A stretch of DNA of 64,000 nt from Octopus vulgaris (taxonomy: Eukaryota). This document shows, one piece after another, positions 38,823-51,520 of this stretch. A model generated the notes under the pieces. It was not told the DNA's origin, made no database searches, and saw only the letters and a list, made by a program, of their open reading frames with translations. The position numbers and the translations under genes were made by a program. Location of the stretch: the NCBI GenBank assembly GCA_951406725.2, contig OX597820.1, positions 47,492,001-47,556,000 of the forward strand. The letters run 5' to 3'. The first letter of the stretch is position 1, and each line of letters starts with the position of its first letter.

Positions 38823-40041
38823 TGTATATATGTATTAAAGAAAGCAATAAAACAAAAGAAAAATGATAGTGTTCAGTATGTTGGCGACAGGAATTTCTGT
38901 GAAAGAGACATTATTAAACAAAGTTGTATATCATCTCCCTATTTCTCTCCCATACTCTTTCTCTATCTTTTATTATTACCCCCACTGCCACCATCAACAC
39001 TACTACTTTTAATAAAACCTCAACTCTCCCTAAATGTCTTTCTCTCCCTCTTTTTTCTCTCTCTCCCTCTCTGTTTGAGACGCCCGCATCGTCTCTCTGC
39101 CTATTATTACTTTCACCCCATCATGAGGAATGGTAGGAGTGTCATTGAATAGCGAGAGAGGAGGGTCCAAGTGTCACACAATGACACACAGAAATTGGTT
39201 TTCGCATTTATTATATCAGATGTATACATACATATACATACACACAACACGTATAATTTGCATGCATATTCATATATGCGTGCATGCATACATACATACA
39301 TACGTACGTACATACATACGTACATACATACGTACATACATACATACATACATACATACATACGTACGTACGTACATACATACGTACGTACGTACATACG
39401 TACGTACATACATACGTACGTACTTAGATACGTACGTACATACATACATACATACATACATACATACATACATACATACATACATACATACATAATGCTT
39501 AGATGCATACACACACAAACTTTGGTAATATTATACTTCCGACTCGAGTATGCAGATACATAGATAAACACACACATACACACACACAGACGCACGTATA
39601 CGCGCGCATGTTGACATTTGTAGCAACTTTTCCACTTTACAAATTTACACGTTCCTTACAAGGTTGTCACTGACAAAAGACACGCCCACACAAACGTACT
39701 TGCGTATCTAGTTACATATACACACCTATTCACACACACAAATACACAGAAATACACATACATTCACACGTAGCTCCTGAGTTCATGGTCTGCTGTCGTG
39801 TCAACAAGTACAAAGTGCTCAATTCCAGATTAACAGAACTGGATTCTTCAGACAAAGCATCACGCAGTCAGATCACATGTCATATTAACTGTGGAGAAAT
39901 ATGAGAATCAGTCTATTGAAAACACAGGAAGCATCCGCAAAAATACCTCTGTGTGTGTATATATATATATATATATACGTACATATATACACTCATACAT
40001 ACATATATACGTATATACAAATATGTAGATACAAAATATAA

Positions 40042-40072
<31 letters not shown>

Positions 40073-40827
40073 CGCCCATATGCATGTATGTATGCATGTA
40101 TGTATGCATGTATGTATGTCTGGATGTATGTATGTGTGCCTGTGTGCGTGCGTGTGTTATCGTGTGGGCATGCGTATATACATACAATGTCTACAAAACA
40201 CTGATATGCATATCTATGTGGTTGTATATAGTTATACACACATATACACGCACATGCGCGCGCACACACTCACACAACACACACTCACACAACACACACA
40301 CACATGTATATATATAATCATATACATACGTATATATGTGTATACATATGCGCCACACATACACACGCATACAGAACTATATACACATATACATATATGC
40401 ATATAAATATATTTATAGACAATATTTAAATATGTATGTATTTAAGTATGCATGTACACACACACACACACATACATATACACACATATAAACACACGCA
40501 TATACACACACATGGATGTTCACATTTCTACAGGTATTTCCTGTGTTTTGAAAAGTGCCTCTTAAATTTGCTCGCATTTGTGTTTGTATGCGTGTATGCG
40601 TATGCATGTGTGTGTATGTGTGTGCGTGCGTGCGTGTGTGTTCGTGTGTGTTTGTGTGTTTGTATGCGTGTGTGTGTGAGTTTGCGAACATGCGTGTTAG
40701 TTTATGTGTGTGTATATATGTATATGTGCGTTTTTGAGTGCACGGAAGCAAGAGGGGGAGAGCGGAAGAGAGAAGGATAGAAAGACAGAGAGAGAGAAAG
40801 AAAGAAAGAAAGAAAGAGCGAAAGAGC

Positions 40828-40861
<34 letters not shown>

Positions 40862-41346
40862 GAGAGAGAGAAGGAGAGAGGGAGAAAATAGAGTTTAGAG
40901 TGGAAGGAAATATGCAAAAAAGTTTCATTGAAATATGGAAATAGGGGATTAAAATAGAAGAAAAATATAAGAAAATATTAGAAGAAAAACAAAGAAAACA
41001 CACTAAACTAAAGCGCTATATACATCCGAAACAGATCGATGACATGTCAACTGAGTGCTTAACAACAACAACAACAACAACAAAAACATGAGCAACAACG
41101 CAACAACAACAACAAGAGCAGCAAAAACAGTAACATCCAACAGACGTATCAAGAAGCGTAACAACACAAACAGCAACACCAACCAGGATAAGACGAACGT
41201 CAACCATAATCATAACAGCAACAACAGCAACTACTACAAGCCTTCCACGGTACTATGATAAAACAGGCAACGATATTAATTCATTATGAAGAACAAGGAA
41301 AGGAATTTCATGAAAGAGGAACTGTCAATTGCATATATATATATTA

Positions 41347-42076
41347 CCGTAAATCCTCGAGTATAATCAGCATTTTTTCCCCAAAAATGTAAAGGTCAAA
41401 ACCCCCAGTGTGTACTATATACGAGGTTAAAAATGAAAATTATTTTCTAAGCAATGTCCGACCGAGTCTCTATTTGCTGTCCAGCAATGTTTATTCAGAC
41501 GCATTTTGTGACGTCGGGGGCGAAAATACCTTAAGCTAAGCCTGAAAGCAATGAAGTCATAAAAGAATCATCCATAACTTGCAGCATTTTTTCCCCAAAA
41601 TTTAAAGGTCAAAATCCCTAGTGCGTACTATATACGAGGTTAAAAATGAAAATTATTTTCTAAGCAATGTCCGACCGAGTCTCTATTTGCTGTCCGGCAA
41701 TGTTTATTCAGACGCATTTTGTGATGTCGGGGGCGAAAATACCTTAAGCTAAGCCTGAAAGCAATGAAATCATAAAAGAATCATCCATAACTTGCAGTAA
41801 GCAACATTTATTAAACGTTATTATTGTTATTTCTTTATTTTCTGCAAACAAAATGCACAAAAAAGCTACACGTTTGCATTATATTATATATAAAAAAATA
41901 ATAAAGGACGTTACCGTATACAGTTTTACAAACCAAGGACGTTATATAGACCTCCTTGACTCAAGTTAGAGAAGGGGTGCGTATTATACACAAGGTTTAG
42001 GTTTTTCAGAGGTACAGCCCCCTAAAAATCCCCTGCGTATTATATTCAAATGCGGACTATACTCGAGGATTTACGG
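41347..42076. mobile_element. Tc1/mariner-superfamily MITE (Tc2/pogo-like TIRs) with TA TSD
   Basis: TA|CCGTAAATCCTCGAGTATAATC ... GACTATACTCGAGGATTTACGG|TA; internal tandem duplication of about 214 bp. Confidence 0.92.
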
Positions 42077-42164
42077 TATATGTTTTTATTGATCCCAGAA
42101 GAATGAAAGTCAAAGTTGACCTTAACGGGATTTGATATGATAGCTAAATACCACAAGGTGTTCG

Positions 42165-42290
42165 CATGTATGTTATTATTTAGTCTTGTTTCTGGATTTC
42201 TTATCAATGGAGAAAAGACTGTTTTCTAATCTAGATCCAAAACTCCTTGGAAGGAATTTTAACAACCACCAACAGGCTATTTGTGCATCA
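42165..42290 (-). mobile_element. 3' UTR fragment related to the R4-like family at 4810-4912
   Basis: Reverse complement AAGGAGTTTTGGATCTAGATTAGAAA...ATTGATAAGAAATC...AATAACATACATG. Confidence 0.7.
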
Positions 42291-42412
42291 TGTATGTGTA
42301 TATATGGACTAGTGTATAAACTCAGTGTAATGTGCAGATTTGTATGTTTCGGTTTATGCATACACACCTATTCACACTTACACAACTAGATCCAAGTGTA
42401 CATAAACATACA

Positions 42413-42552
<140 letters not shown>

Positions 42553-42577
42553 GTATGTATGTATATTTATATATATT

Positions 42578-42690
42578 TGAAATTTACAGAAAAACAAGAG
42601 ACGAAGATAGGTGTATAAACAACTAGCAGGGGTATTAGTTTGACGCTCGGGAAGGTGAGAAAGTCTTTTACCTTTCGAGCTTACGTTTCG
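42578..42690 (-). mobile_element. Family P1, truncated copy
   Basis: GTATTAGTTTGACGCTCGGGAAG...TCTTTTACCTTTCGAGC.TACG matches 58940-59000; next to (TA)n 42440-42549. Confidence 0.65.
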
Positions 42691-42739
42691 AGACCAATAC
42701 TGTACTTATGTATCAGTGTCTACATATCTGAAGGAGGGG

Positions 42740-42776
<37 letters not shown>

Positions 42777-44397
42777 AAGAGAGGGAGAGAGAAATATGGA
42801 GAGAGACATAGGGAGAGTTGAAAAGAATGAACATTATTAAAAGGATTCAAGGACCTTCTTTCGTAGTAGATCCCAAATTACAAAAGAGCAAATGAATGCC
42901 AGCAGGAACCGAGTATACTTATAAATACCTCGGCAATAATTTAGAGTAAAATCCTTTATGAAGAGTCACTGATGACGGTCCGTGTCAGAAACTTTGGCTG
43001 TTGTAGTGAGGTGTAGCAAAAACCTGACGTTTCGTAAACGTAGTCTTTTTTCGAAAGAAAGCATTTTAGTTATATTTACTGATACCTTTAAACTTTCTTC
43101 AATTATAAAGAACAATCAGAATATTCATAATAATGACGACGATGATGATGATATTGATGACAACGACGATAACGATGACGCTGATGGTGATGATGATTTG
43201 ATGATGATGAATTGATGATGATAATGATGATAATGATGATGATGATATTGATAATTATAATAGTAATGAAGTTGTGGAGATGATGGTGAGGATAACAATG
43301 ACGCTGACAAACGATGATGATATTAGAATAATAATAATAATGACGATGGTGATGGCTGTGGTGGCGACAATTTTGATGAGGATGATGAGGATGATGCCAC
43401 TGCTGGTGGTGGTGTTGGCGATGATGATAATGAAGATGAGGACGACTACGAAGATGATGTTTGTATTCATGGCGATGTTTGAAGATTGCTACGCACTAAA
43501 CTACATGCTACGCCACATTACACGTCAGACCGCACCTGACCACACATTGTTAAATTTCTCACTGCACCAAGTAGCACGATATTACACCACTCAAACTCGC
43601 ACTATTCCACATCACATATCACTAACCCGTACTACATCACATCACAATACACTGTGCCACGCCACATTTCACAATACAGTAGCATATGAACCGACAAGAA
43701 AGTTCCTATGACATCACTCTACCTACCCAATTATCCACAAATTACATTTTAAGTTTCTAAAATTAAAGAAAAAAAAGATCCAAAATAATAGCGTAATATA
43801 CAGCTGTGGTTTTTTCTGTATAGACTCTCTGAGTATCTACAACTGGATAGTTCCTTTCCAAGTTGCACACCTGATTAAGAACTTTTTTTTATGATAGCCA
43901 ATGAAATAATAATAAATAATAATAAATTATAATAAATTATAATAAATTATGATAGCCCATAATTTATTATAAAGGTCAAGGTCAGAAAGTTGATGAAAAA
44001 GGAAGAATTGATTATATCGACTTCTGTATTTTATTCTTTTATTCTTTTATCTTTTATACGTTTCAGCCCTAAGGCTGTGAACATGCTGGGGCGCTGGATT
44101 GGTATTTTATTTCGTATCGATTCCGGAAGGCCGAAAGTCAAATTTGATCTTGTTGGGATTTGATATCAGAGCAAAAAAGCACAAGGTATTTGTATTTACG
44201 TATGTATGTATGTATGTATGTATGTATGTATGTATGTATGTATGTATGTATGTATGTATGTATGTATGTATGTATGTATGTATGCATGTATGTATGCATG
44301 TATGTATGCATGTATGTATGCATGTATGTATGCATATATGTATGTATGCATATATGTATGTATGTATGCATGTGTGCATGTATGTATGTATGTATGT

Positions 44398-44633
44398 ATT
44401 ATGTTTATGTTTATGTTTATGTTTTCCAGTTTCAGCTCTTGAGCTGTGGCCATGCTGGGGCACCGCCATTGTGGTGAAAGAGTACAGCAGGGATCACCAC
44501 CCCCTGCCGGAGCCTCGTAGAGCTTTTAGGTGTTTTCGCTCAATAAACACACACAACGCCCGGTCTGAGAATCGAAACCGCGATCCTGCGACCGCGAGTC
44601 CGCTGCCCTAACCACTAGGCCATTGCGCCTCCA
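44398..44633 (-). mobile_element. SINE-C 5' half (44470-44633) joined to a CR1-type tail (44398-44468), inside (TATG)n
   Basis: Head matches family C; tail GGCGGTGCCCCAGCATGGCCACAGCTCAAGAGCTGAAAC followed by (ATAAAC)n. Confidence 0.8.
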
Positions 44634-44684
44634 CATGTATGTATGTATGTATGTATGTATGTATGTATGTATGCATGTTGTTTT

Positions 44685-44960
44685 TGTACTGGGTGTGGCA
44701 TTAAACTGCATCCAGTTGTGAGGTTCCAGTTCAGGAATTCTGAATTCTGGAGTTGTGGAGAGCGTGTGGTCACTCTTTAATTACTATTACTCCAAGGTCC
44801 GTTCTGACCCGGCATCGATAGTACCCGTCAGGGCCCCGTCTATAGGTTAAATAGATTTTCCAGGGATAGAAGAGGCTCCCTTTATCTTTAAGAAAGTCGT
44901 GGGGAAGGCAACACTTCTAGGTAAAAAAACACTCTGACTTAAAACTTGCTGTCAAAATAG
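44685..44960 (+). mobile_element. Probable RTE-type 5' region or RTE-related repeat
   Basis: GGGGAAGGCAAC...CTAGG.AAAAAA..ACTCTGACTTAAAAC resembles RTE 5' sequences as I recall them; not confirmed. Confidence 0.4.
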
Positions 44961-45680
44961 TACTAGGCTTCTTGGAATAGTTGTCACTGGAAGCTACTAT
45001 GGCGAGCGAGAGAGTGTCAAAAGTGTTGTACTTAAATGTTGTCACTTAAATCCAATGATGTACAAATATCTCGCTATCTGAATGTGAGACGGTTATTATC
45101 TGATAAAATGAGGCAATCATTACGTGTGTATGTATGTATGTATGTATGTATGTATGTATGTATGTATGTATGTATGTATGTATGTATATGTGAGTATTTT
45201 TGTATGTATGTATGTGTGAGTATTTCTGTATTTTATCGTTTAAATTCTTCCCCTGAAGCAGGAGGCGGATTCTAACAAAGATACAAAGCTTCATTTTTGG
45301 AATGTAGATAACGAAAACAATGTCACATTTTAAACCCGAGAAAAGTCTTGCAAAGTTTTACTGCTCCACTTGCAGATTCTATGTGTAATGTGCGAATCGG
45401 TTGATTTCTTTTTCTGAAAATCCAAGCTTATCCAGACTGACAGTTTGGTATTTACTTACGGAACCAAGTACTCTAGTTATTATTGGTTATGTGTGTATGT
45501 ATGTATGTATGTATGTATGTATGTATGTATGTATGTATGTATGTATGTATGTATGTATGTATGTATGTATGTATGTATGTATGCATATATGTATGTATGC
45601 ATATATGTATGTATGCATGTATGTATGTATGCATGTATGTATGTATGTATGTATGTATGTATGTATGTATGTATGTATGT

Positions 45681-45809
45681 ATGCATGTTGTTTTTGTACT
45701 GGGTGTGGCATTAAACTGCATCCAGTTGTGAGGTTCCAGTTCAGGAATTCTGAATTCTGGAGTTGTGGAGAGCCTGTGGTCACTCTTTAATTACTATTAC
45801 TCCAAGGTC
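45681..45809 (+). repeat. 129-bp direct duplicate of 44671-44799
   Basis: One mismatch (AGCGTG vs AGCCTG); offset 1010 bp. Confidence 0.95.
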
Positions 45810-46875
45810 TAGTACTCTAGTTATTATTGGGTATGTATGTATGTATGTATGTATGTATGTATGTATGTATGTATGTATGTATGTATGTATGTATGTATGT
45901 ATGTATGCATGCATGCTGATACCAACAAGTGTCTTTTCTTCTACGCTGGCAATGCTGTCCAATGGAAGAAAAATGGCAAAACAAGTGTGGCCTCTGTATC
46001 GATGCAGAGGTTGCCGTCAGAACACAAAGAGTCGGAACAGACTCATGCAATCAATTCCCTTCTCTCCCGACGCTCTAACAATTCTACTGCTAATCCAACA
46101 GAAAGGACGGAAACTTTATTTATCGATCTACAAAGAATGAAAGACAAACGCTGACCTCGGCGGGATTTGAGCTCAAGAGCGCAGGGGAATCTGAACGCCT
46201 CTACTATTTCGACACCCAAGTATATAATGTGTAATAAAGTAACATAATATTGTAATCTAAGACCGAACTATAATTTAAGTTACCTCCGGATTTATAGATT
46301 TTATTATAATTTTCTCAGTGCAATATGATAATATAATAAATCCGCTAGAAATCCGAGTTTATAGTGGAGACTTTGATATTCTATATCTGAATAAAATCGG
46401 TCTAGTTACGGCTGGAGGAAGATATTTGATAATATGGCTCTCCTGGGGCTTGAAGAGAAACAATGATGACGATGGCGACAATGATGACGACGACGACGAC
46501 GACGACGATGACGGCGGCGATAGAAACAGCAGCAGTGGCAGTGGAGGGGGCGCCGGGAATGCTTAGTTTATTCTGTGTGTTTGTCTTCTTGGCGGAGTTA
46601 ATGGTGTGTCTGGGGAAGTGATCTGCGAATCGCAACTAGTAGTTCGATCAATTTAGCTATGAATTGATCTGAAGACTACACAACAACAACAACAACAACA
46701 ACAACGACGGCGACGACGACGACGAACAACGATGATAATGATGATAATGACAATAACAACAGCACCAACAACAAAGTAATAATGACGACTATAAACTTAA
46801 ATTACAACACAAACCAGAGTTTGCTCACACTTAACGCTTTACTACCACAACAAACTGTACAAGTGGCAGAAACGT

Positions 46876-47848
46876 GGCGGCGAGTTGACAGAAACGTTAA
46901 CACGCCGGGTGAAATGCTTAGCGGTATTTCGTCTGCCGCTATGTTCTGAGTTCAAATTCCGCCGAGGTCGACTTTGCGTTTCATCCTTTCGGAGTCGATT
47001 AGATAAGTATCATTTACGCACTGGGGTCGATGTAATCGACTTAATCCGTTTGACTGTCCTTGTTTGTCCCCTCTGTGTTTAGCCCCTTGTGGGTAGTAAA
47101 GAAATAAGTATTTCGTCTGCCGTTACGTTCTGAGTTCAGATTCCGCGGAAGTCGACTTTGCCTTTCATCCTTTCGTGGTCGATAAATTAAGTATCATTTA
47201 CGCACTGGGGTCGATGTAATCGACTTAATCCGTTTGACTGTCTTTGTTTGTCCCCCTCTGTGTGTAGCCCCTTGTGGGCAGTAAACAAATAAGAAACGTT
47301 AGCACATCGGGCGAAGTCCTTGGCGGTATTTCGTCCGCCGCTACTTTTGAGTTCAAATTCCGCCGAGGTCGACTTTGCCTTTCACCCTTTCGGGGTCGAT
47401 AAATTAAGTACCAGTTACGCACTGGGGTCGATGTAATCAAATTAATCCGTTAGCCTGTTCTTGTTTGTCCTCTCTGTGTTTAGCCCCTTGTGGGTAGTAA
47501 AGAAATAGGTATTTCGTCTATCTTTACCTTCTGAGTTCAAATTCCGCCGTGGTCGACTTTGCCTTTCATCCTTTCGGGGTCGATAAATTAAGTACCTTAA
47601 CCCCCTTGTTTGTCCTCTCTATGTTTAGCCCCTTGTGGGCAATAAAGAAATAAGAAACGTTAGCCACGTTGGGCGAAATGCTTAGCGGTACTTCGTCTGT
47701 CTTTATGTTCTGAGTTCAAATTCCGCCGAGGTCGACTTTGCCTTTCATCCTTTTGGGATCGATAAATTAAGTACCAGTTGCGGACTGGGGTAGATATAAT
47801 CGACTGCCCCCCCCTCAATTTTGGGCTTTGTTTCTAGAGTAGAAAAGA
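46876..47848 (+). mobile_element. SINE-A pentamer, head-to-tail
   Basis: Units start at about 46876, 47109, 47293, 47508 and 47653; no spacers; last unit has the alternative tail. Confidence 0.92.
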
Positions 47849-47885
47849 GCAAACTGTACAAGTTACTAGATAATGTAGTTTTACA

Positions 47886-48106
47886 TACGAAGGAGTTCTA
47901 AAAAGTTCTTGGCTTCAAGGGTGTCGCGAAAAACATGGATAGAGGTCTAACCGTCCGAGTTTTTATACAGGGTTTAGAAAAATTGAAGAACTGCTGTAAT
48001 AAGCATGTGAATCTGAGAGGGGAATATGCTAAATAAAATCATAATTAACTGATTCTCCTGTATTTTCTTTTACCCAAAGCCAAGAACTTTTCAGCACCCA
48101 CACGTA
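47886..48106 (+). mobile_element. Mariner-derived MITE
   Basis: TA|CGAAGGAGTTCTAAAAAGTTCTTGGCTT ... AAGCCAAGAACTTTTCAGCACCCACACG|TA; interior encodes the transposase end GLEKLKNCCNKHVNLRGEYAK*. Confidence 0.85.
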
Positions 48107-48239
48107 CATCTACAAAGACGGGGTGGCCATGGTTAAAATGAATTTTAGGCAAAACAACAAGAGCGGCAGTAGCAGCAGCAGCAGCAACAACAATAACAAA
48201 ATTGATCAGATCAGACTGTTACTCATAATAGAAGCAAAT

Positions 48240-48710
48240 GGTGGTTGCTCTATGTAGTCGCTTAACCTGCTAGAAATAGCAAACACATCTCAATGACTTC
48301 ATATAGCTGGTTCTTTTTTTTTTTTAAAGAAGGGAACATTGAATAACGTGAGTATGTGTGCATACTAAATGAGAGAGAGAAAAAATTCAATGATTACGTC
48401 TCAAACTCCTTTAATCGTAGGCTTGCTATTTGAGCCCTGACATGAAACTAAACAAAAATCAGCTACTTAAACCAAGTATACAAATCAACCAAGTATACAA
48501 ATCGGGAGCCGTTCGTGGTCATTGGATCTGCTAAAAATAGCATCTGAATTTCCCTCAAATCATACTCTACTGTCTTAGATAAATAAAGGACATATTAAAT
48601 AATGAAGACCAAGATAGATATAGCTCTAAAAAGATAGGAATATTAGAAATCGAATTCATTTGAACATACATTTCCTCAGTTTAAGTTGACCAGGGGCTAA
48701 ACAGCAACAA
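48240..48710 (+). mobile_element. Two diverged copies of repeat family E
   Basis: CTGCTAGAAATAGCA...ACATTGAATAA...GGGGCTAAACA, ending in AAC/CAG repeats. Confidence 0.6.
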
Positions 48711-48744
48711 TAGCAGCAGCTGTAATAATATCAGCAACAGCAAG

Positions 48745-48943
48745 TGGAGGCGCAATGGCCCAATGGTTAGGGCAGCGGACTCGCGGTCGGAGGATCGCGG
48801 TTTCGATTCCCAGACCGGGCGTTGTGAGTGTTTATTGAGCGAAAGGACCTAAAGTTCCACGAGGCTCCGGCAGTGGGTGGTGGCGATCCCTGTTTTACTC
48901 TTTCGCTCCAACTTTTTCTCACTCTTTCTTCCTGTTTCTTATC
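48745..48943 (+). mobile_element. SINE-C 5' half
   Basis: Near-consensus head with A/B boxes. Confidence 0.88.
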
Positions 48944-49282
48944 CCCGACTTCCTACGAAACCGCTGAGTCTGGATGCACATTCATCCATCCGTCGATGCC
49001 CTCGGTGTCGGGGGTTGACCTGCTTTCTCTTCTGCGGGTCTTACGAATAGCAAAGGACCACGTTTCGGACTTCTCCCACTACAGACGGGACGAAGACCGC
49101 TTCGCTCAACAAACAAAACAAACAGCAACAGCAGGTGACCAGCCAATTTATATGAAACTTTCCAAAACCAAATGCCTACACGAAACAAACACATCAACTA
49201 CAACACTAAACTACTTCACAATCGACTACAACAAACTACTACTCTAAATTAATATATTAAACTATCACAGAATGTATGTATG

Positions 49283-49570
49283 TATGGCCTAGTAGTTAAG
49301 GTGTTGCATTGTCGATTGCAAGGTTGTGATTTCGATTTGCAGATCGAGTGGTGCGTTGTGATTTTGAGCAAAACACCTAATTTCCCGTTGCTCTGTGATT
49401 ATTTTAACATGTGACGTGTGTCACGCTTGTGTACGTATACAGGCAATGTCAATTTGATGAAGGAAGAGAGCTCATGTACAACACAAACATTTGGCTCTAT
49501 AAACAAATAATTGGTATGCTTGCTCAGCAAGAGTTTGCGGGATACTAATCTATCGTCTAACGACACGAAA
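49283..49570 (+). mobile_element. Degraded family D-related SINE
   Basis: TGGCCTAGTAGTTAAGGTGTTG...TTGAGCAAAACAC matches the 25172 head. Confidence 0.6.
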
Positions 49571-49593
49571 GTCCATGATATATATATATATAT

Positions 49594-49884
49594 ATCGTGA
49601 CGTATATTTGCCATTTGAATATGGCTAACCCCTAAGGGTGGATACTACTGTAGTTTGTAGCCCCAGGAGGACACCTCCTCCAGTTGGCTATAGACACACT
49701 TTCTGTGCCCTATCAGTACCCTGTGCCCCAGAAAGTGTGTCTATAGCCAGCTGGAGGAGATGTCCTCCTGGGGCTACAAACTACAGTAGCATCCACCCTT
49801 AGGGGTTAGCCATATTCAAATGGCAAATATACGTCACGATGTGTTGCTGCTACTGTTTATAACTCGCTCTGAGATTTATCATTG

Positions 49885-49885
<1 letters not shown>
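49594..49885. mobile_element. 112-bp inverted repeat element in (TA)n (Penelope-like inverted terminus)
   Basis: Arms 49594-49705 and 49729-49840, 3 mismatches, 23-bp spacer, 45-bp tail; TA arrays on both sides. Confidence 0.7.
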
Positions 49886-49936
<51 letters not shown>

Positions 49937-50199
49937 TATATATATAAAGTCATGAATGACAAAAAAATTGTTTGATGAAATTTTATTTAGCAATAAGAAA
50001 ATTTTAATATTACGATGAATTATTTCGTAACTTAAAACCTTGTAAATAATTTATATCATGACATTTAATAATAAGTAAATTACTTACCTGCATTAATGCA
50101 ATAAGCAAAGAAATTCTCCAAAATAATGCAGAATCTAAGCTACGTCCTATGTTTTGAAGAATGATACATTAAAGAGCTTTTTTATGAGTACTACCTGAT

Positions 50200-50375
50200 T
50201 ACTTGGTTTGTTTATGTCCCTAAAACCCAGAGGTTCGTTAAAGGTGACCAACAGAATAAGTAGCAGATTTAGAAAATTAACAAGTACTGGGGGGGTCTAT
50301 GTATGATTAAAAAGAAAAACCCTTTTAAGGTAGTGCCCTAGCATGGCTGCTGTCCAATGACTGAAACAAATAATA
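50200..50375 (+). mobile_element. SINE-B 3' half, degraded
   Basis: GTTTATGTCCC...AGAATAAGTA...GTGCCCTAGCATGGC...TGACTGAAAC. Confidence 0.65.
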
Positions 50376-51263
50376 GAACAAGATGATAACTGAATTTACT
50401 ACGCTAAAATACCACACCATACTACAGCACAAACTACGATATAAACTACACCAAACTACAACACAGACCATACCAAACTCCCTTACATATCCCAGCGCAA
50501 GCCAATTCAAACTCCCTGACCTATTGCAGCTCAAAATGTCTGCATCAAATCACCATACTGCGCTACCGCACAAGCTATATCAAACTGCTTACTATATTTC
50601 CAACACAAAATGACCTCAGTAACATAACCAACGCATAAGACGAAACAACCAACCACCCAGCAAACCACCGCGTTTGGTACGACACCAAACTCATTTCCTT
50701 TATTGTAATAATACGTCCACACTAACCTAACACTAACCTATCACACTAACTACAGAACCTCCTATGCACATTAACCAATGAAATCCCCGGGCAAATTATA
50801 GAAATTTACATTAAAAACTGCAATAATTACCACGATGACAACAATAAAACTTTTCTGAAATATTTTCTTCTTTAATATTTCTTCCATATTTTTTTTTTTT
50901 CCTATTTTAAAAATTTAAATATGATTGAAATCAAATAAAATGAAAATGAAAATAAAAAGAATTTTGAAATTATATTAGAAATATTGTTTTTTTATATTTT
51001 AAAAAAATATATATATATATATTTTTTGTTTTGGTATTTTTATTTTCAGCAGACGACATTTTAAAACATCATAACAAATACTAGAAATAAGGAAACAAAA
51101 ACAACGAAAACAAAGAAGAAATAACAGCACCAGAAACGAGAACAAGAACAAAAACAAGAACAAGAAAAACAACAACGATGACGACGACCGCCATAATGAC
51201 ATCGACAAGAAAAAGCAACAGTTTTACAGTAAAAATATGAGCAACAATAACACAGACAACAAC

Positions 51264-51328
51264 AATAATGAATAATGATAATAATAATAATAATAATAAT
51301 AATGATAATAATAATAATAATAATAATG

Positions 51329-51371
<43 letters not shown>

Positions 51372-51442
51372 TAATAATAATAATAATGATAATAATAATA
51401 ATAATAATGATAATAATAATAATGATAATAATAATAATGATG

Positions 51443-51497
<55 letters not shown>

Positions 51498-51520
51498 TAA
51501 TAATAATAATAATAATAATA
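51264..51520. repeat. (AAT)n with periodic GAT interruptions
   Basis: About 250-bp run. Confidence 0.95.

Noticed and set aside
46876-47848. CRISPR-like periodic array
   Set aside because: Units are 150-230 bp SINE copies without unique spacers; eukaryotic context, no cas genes.
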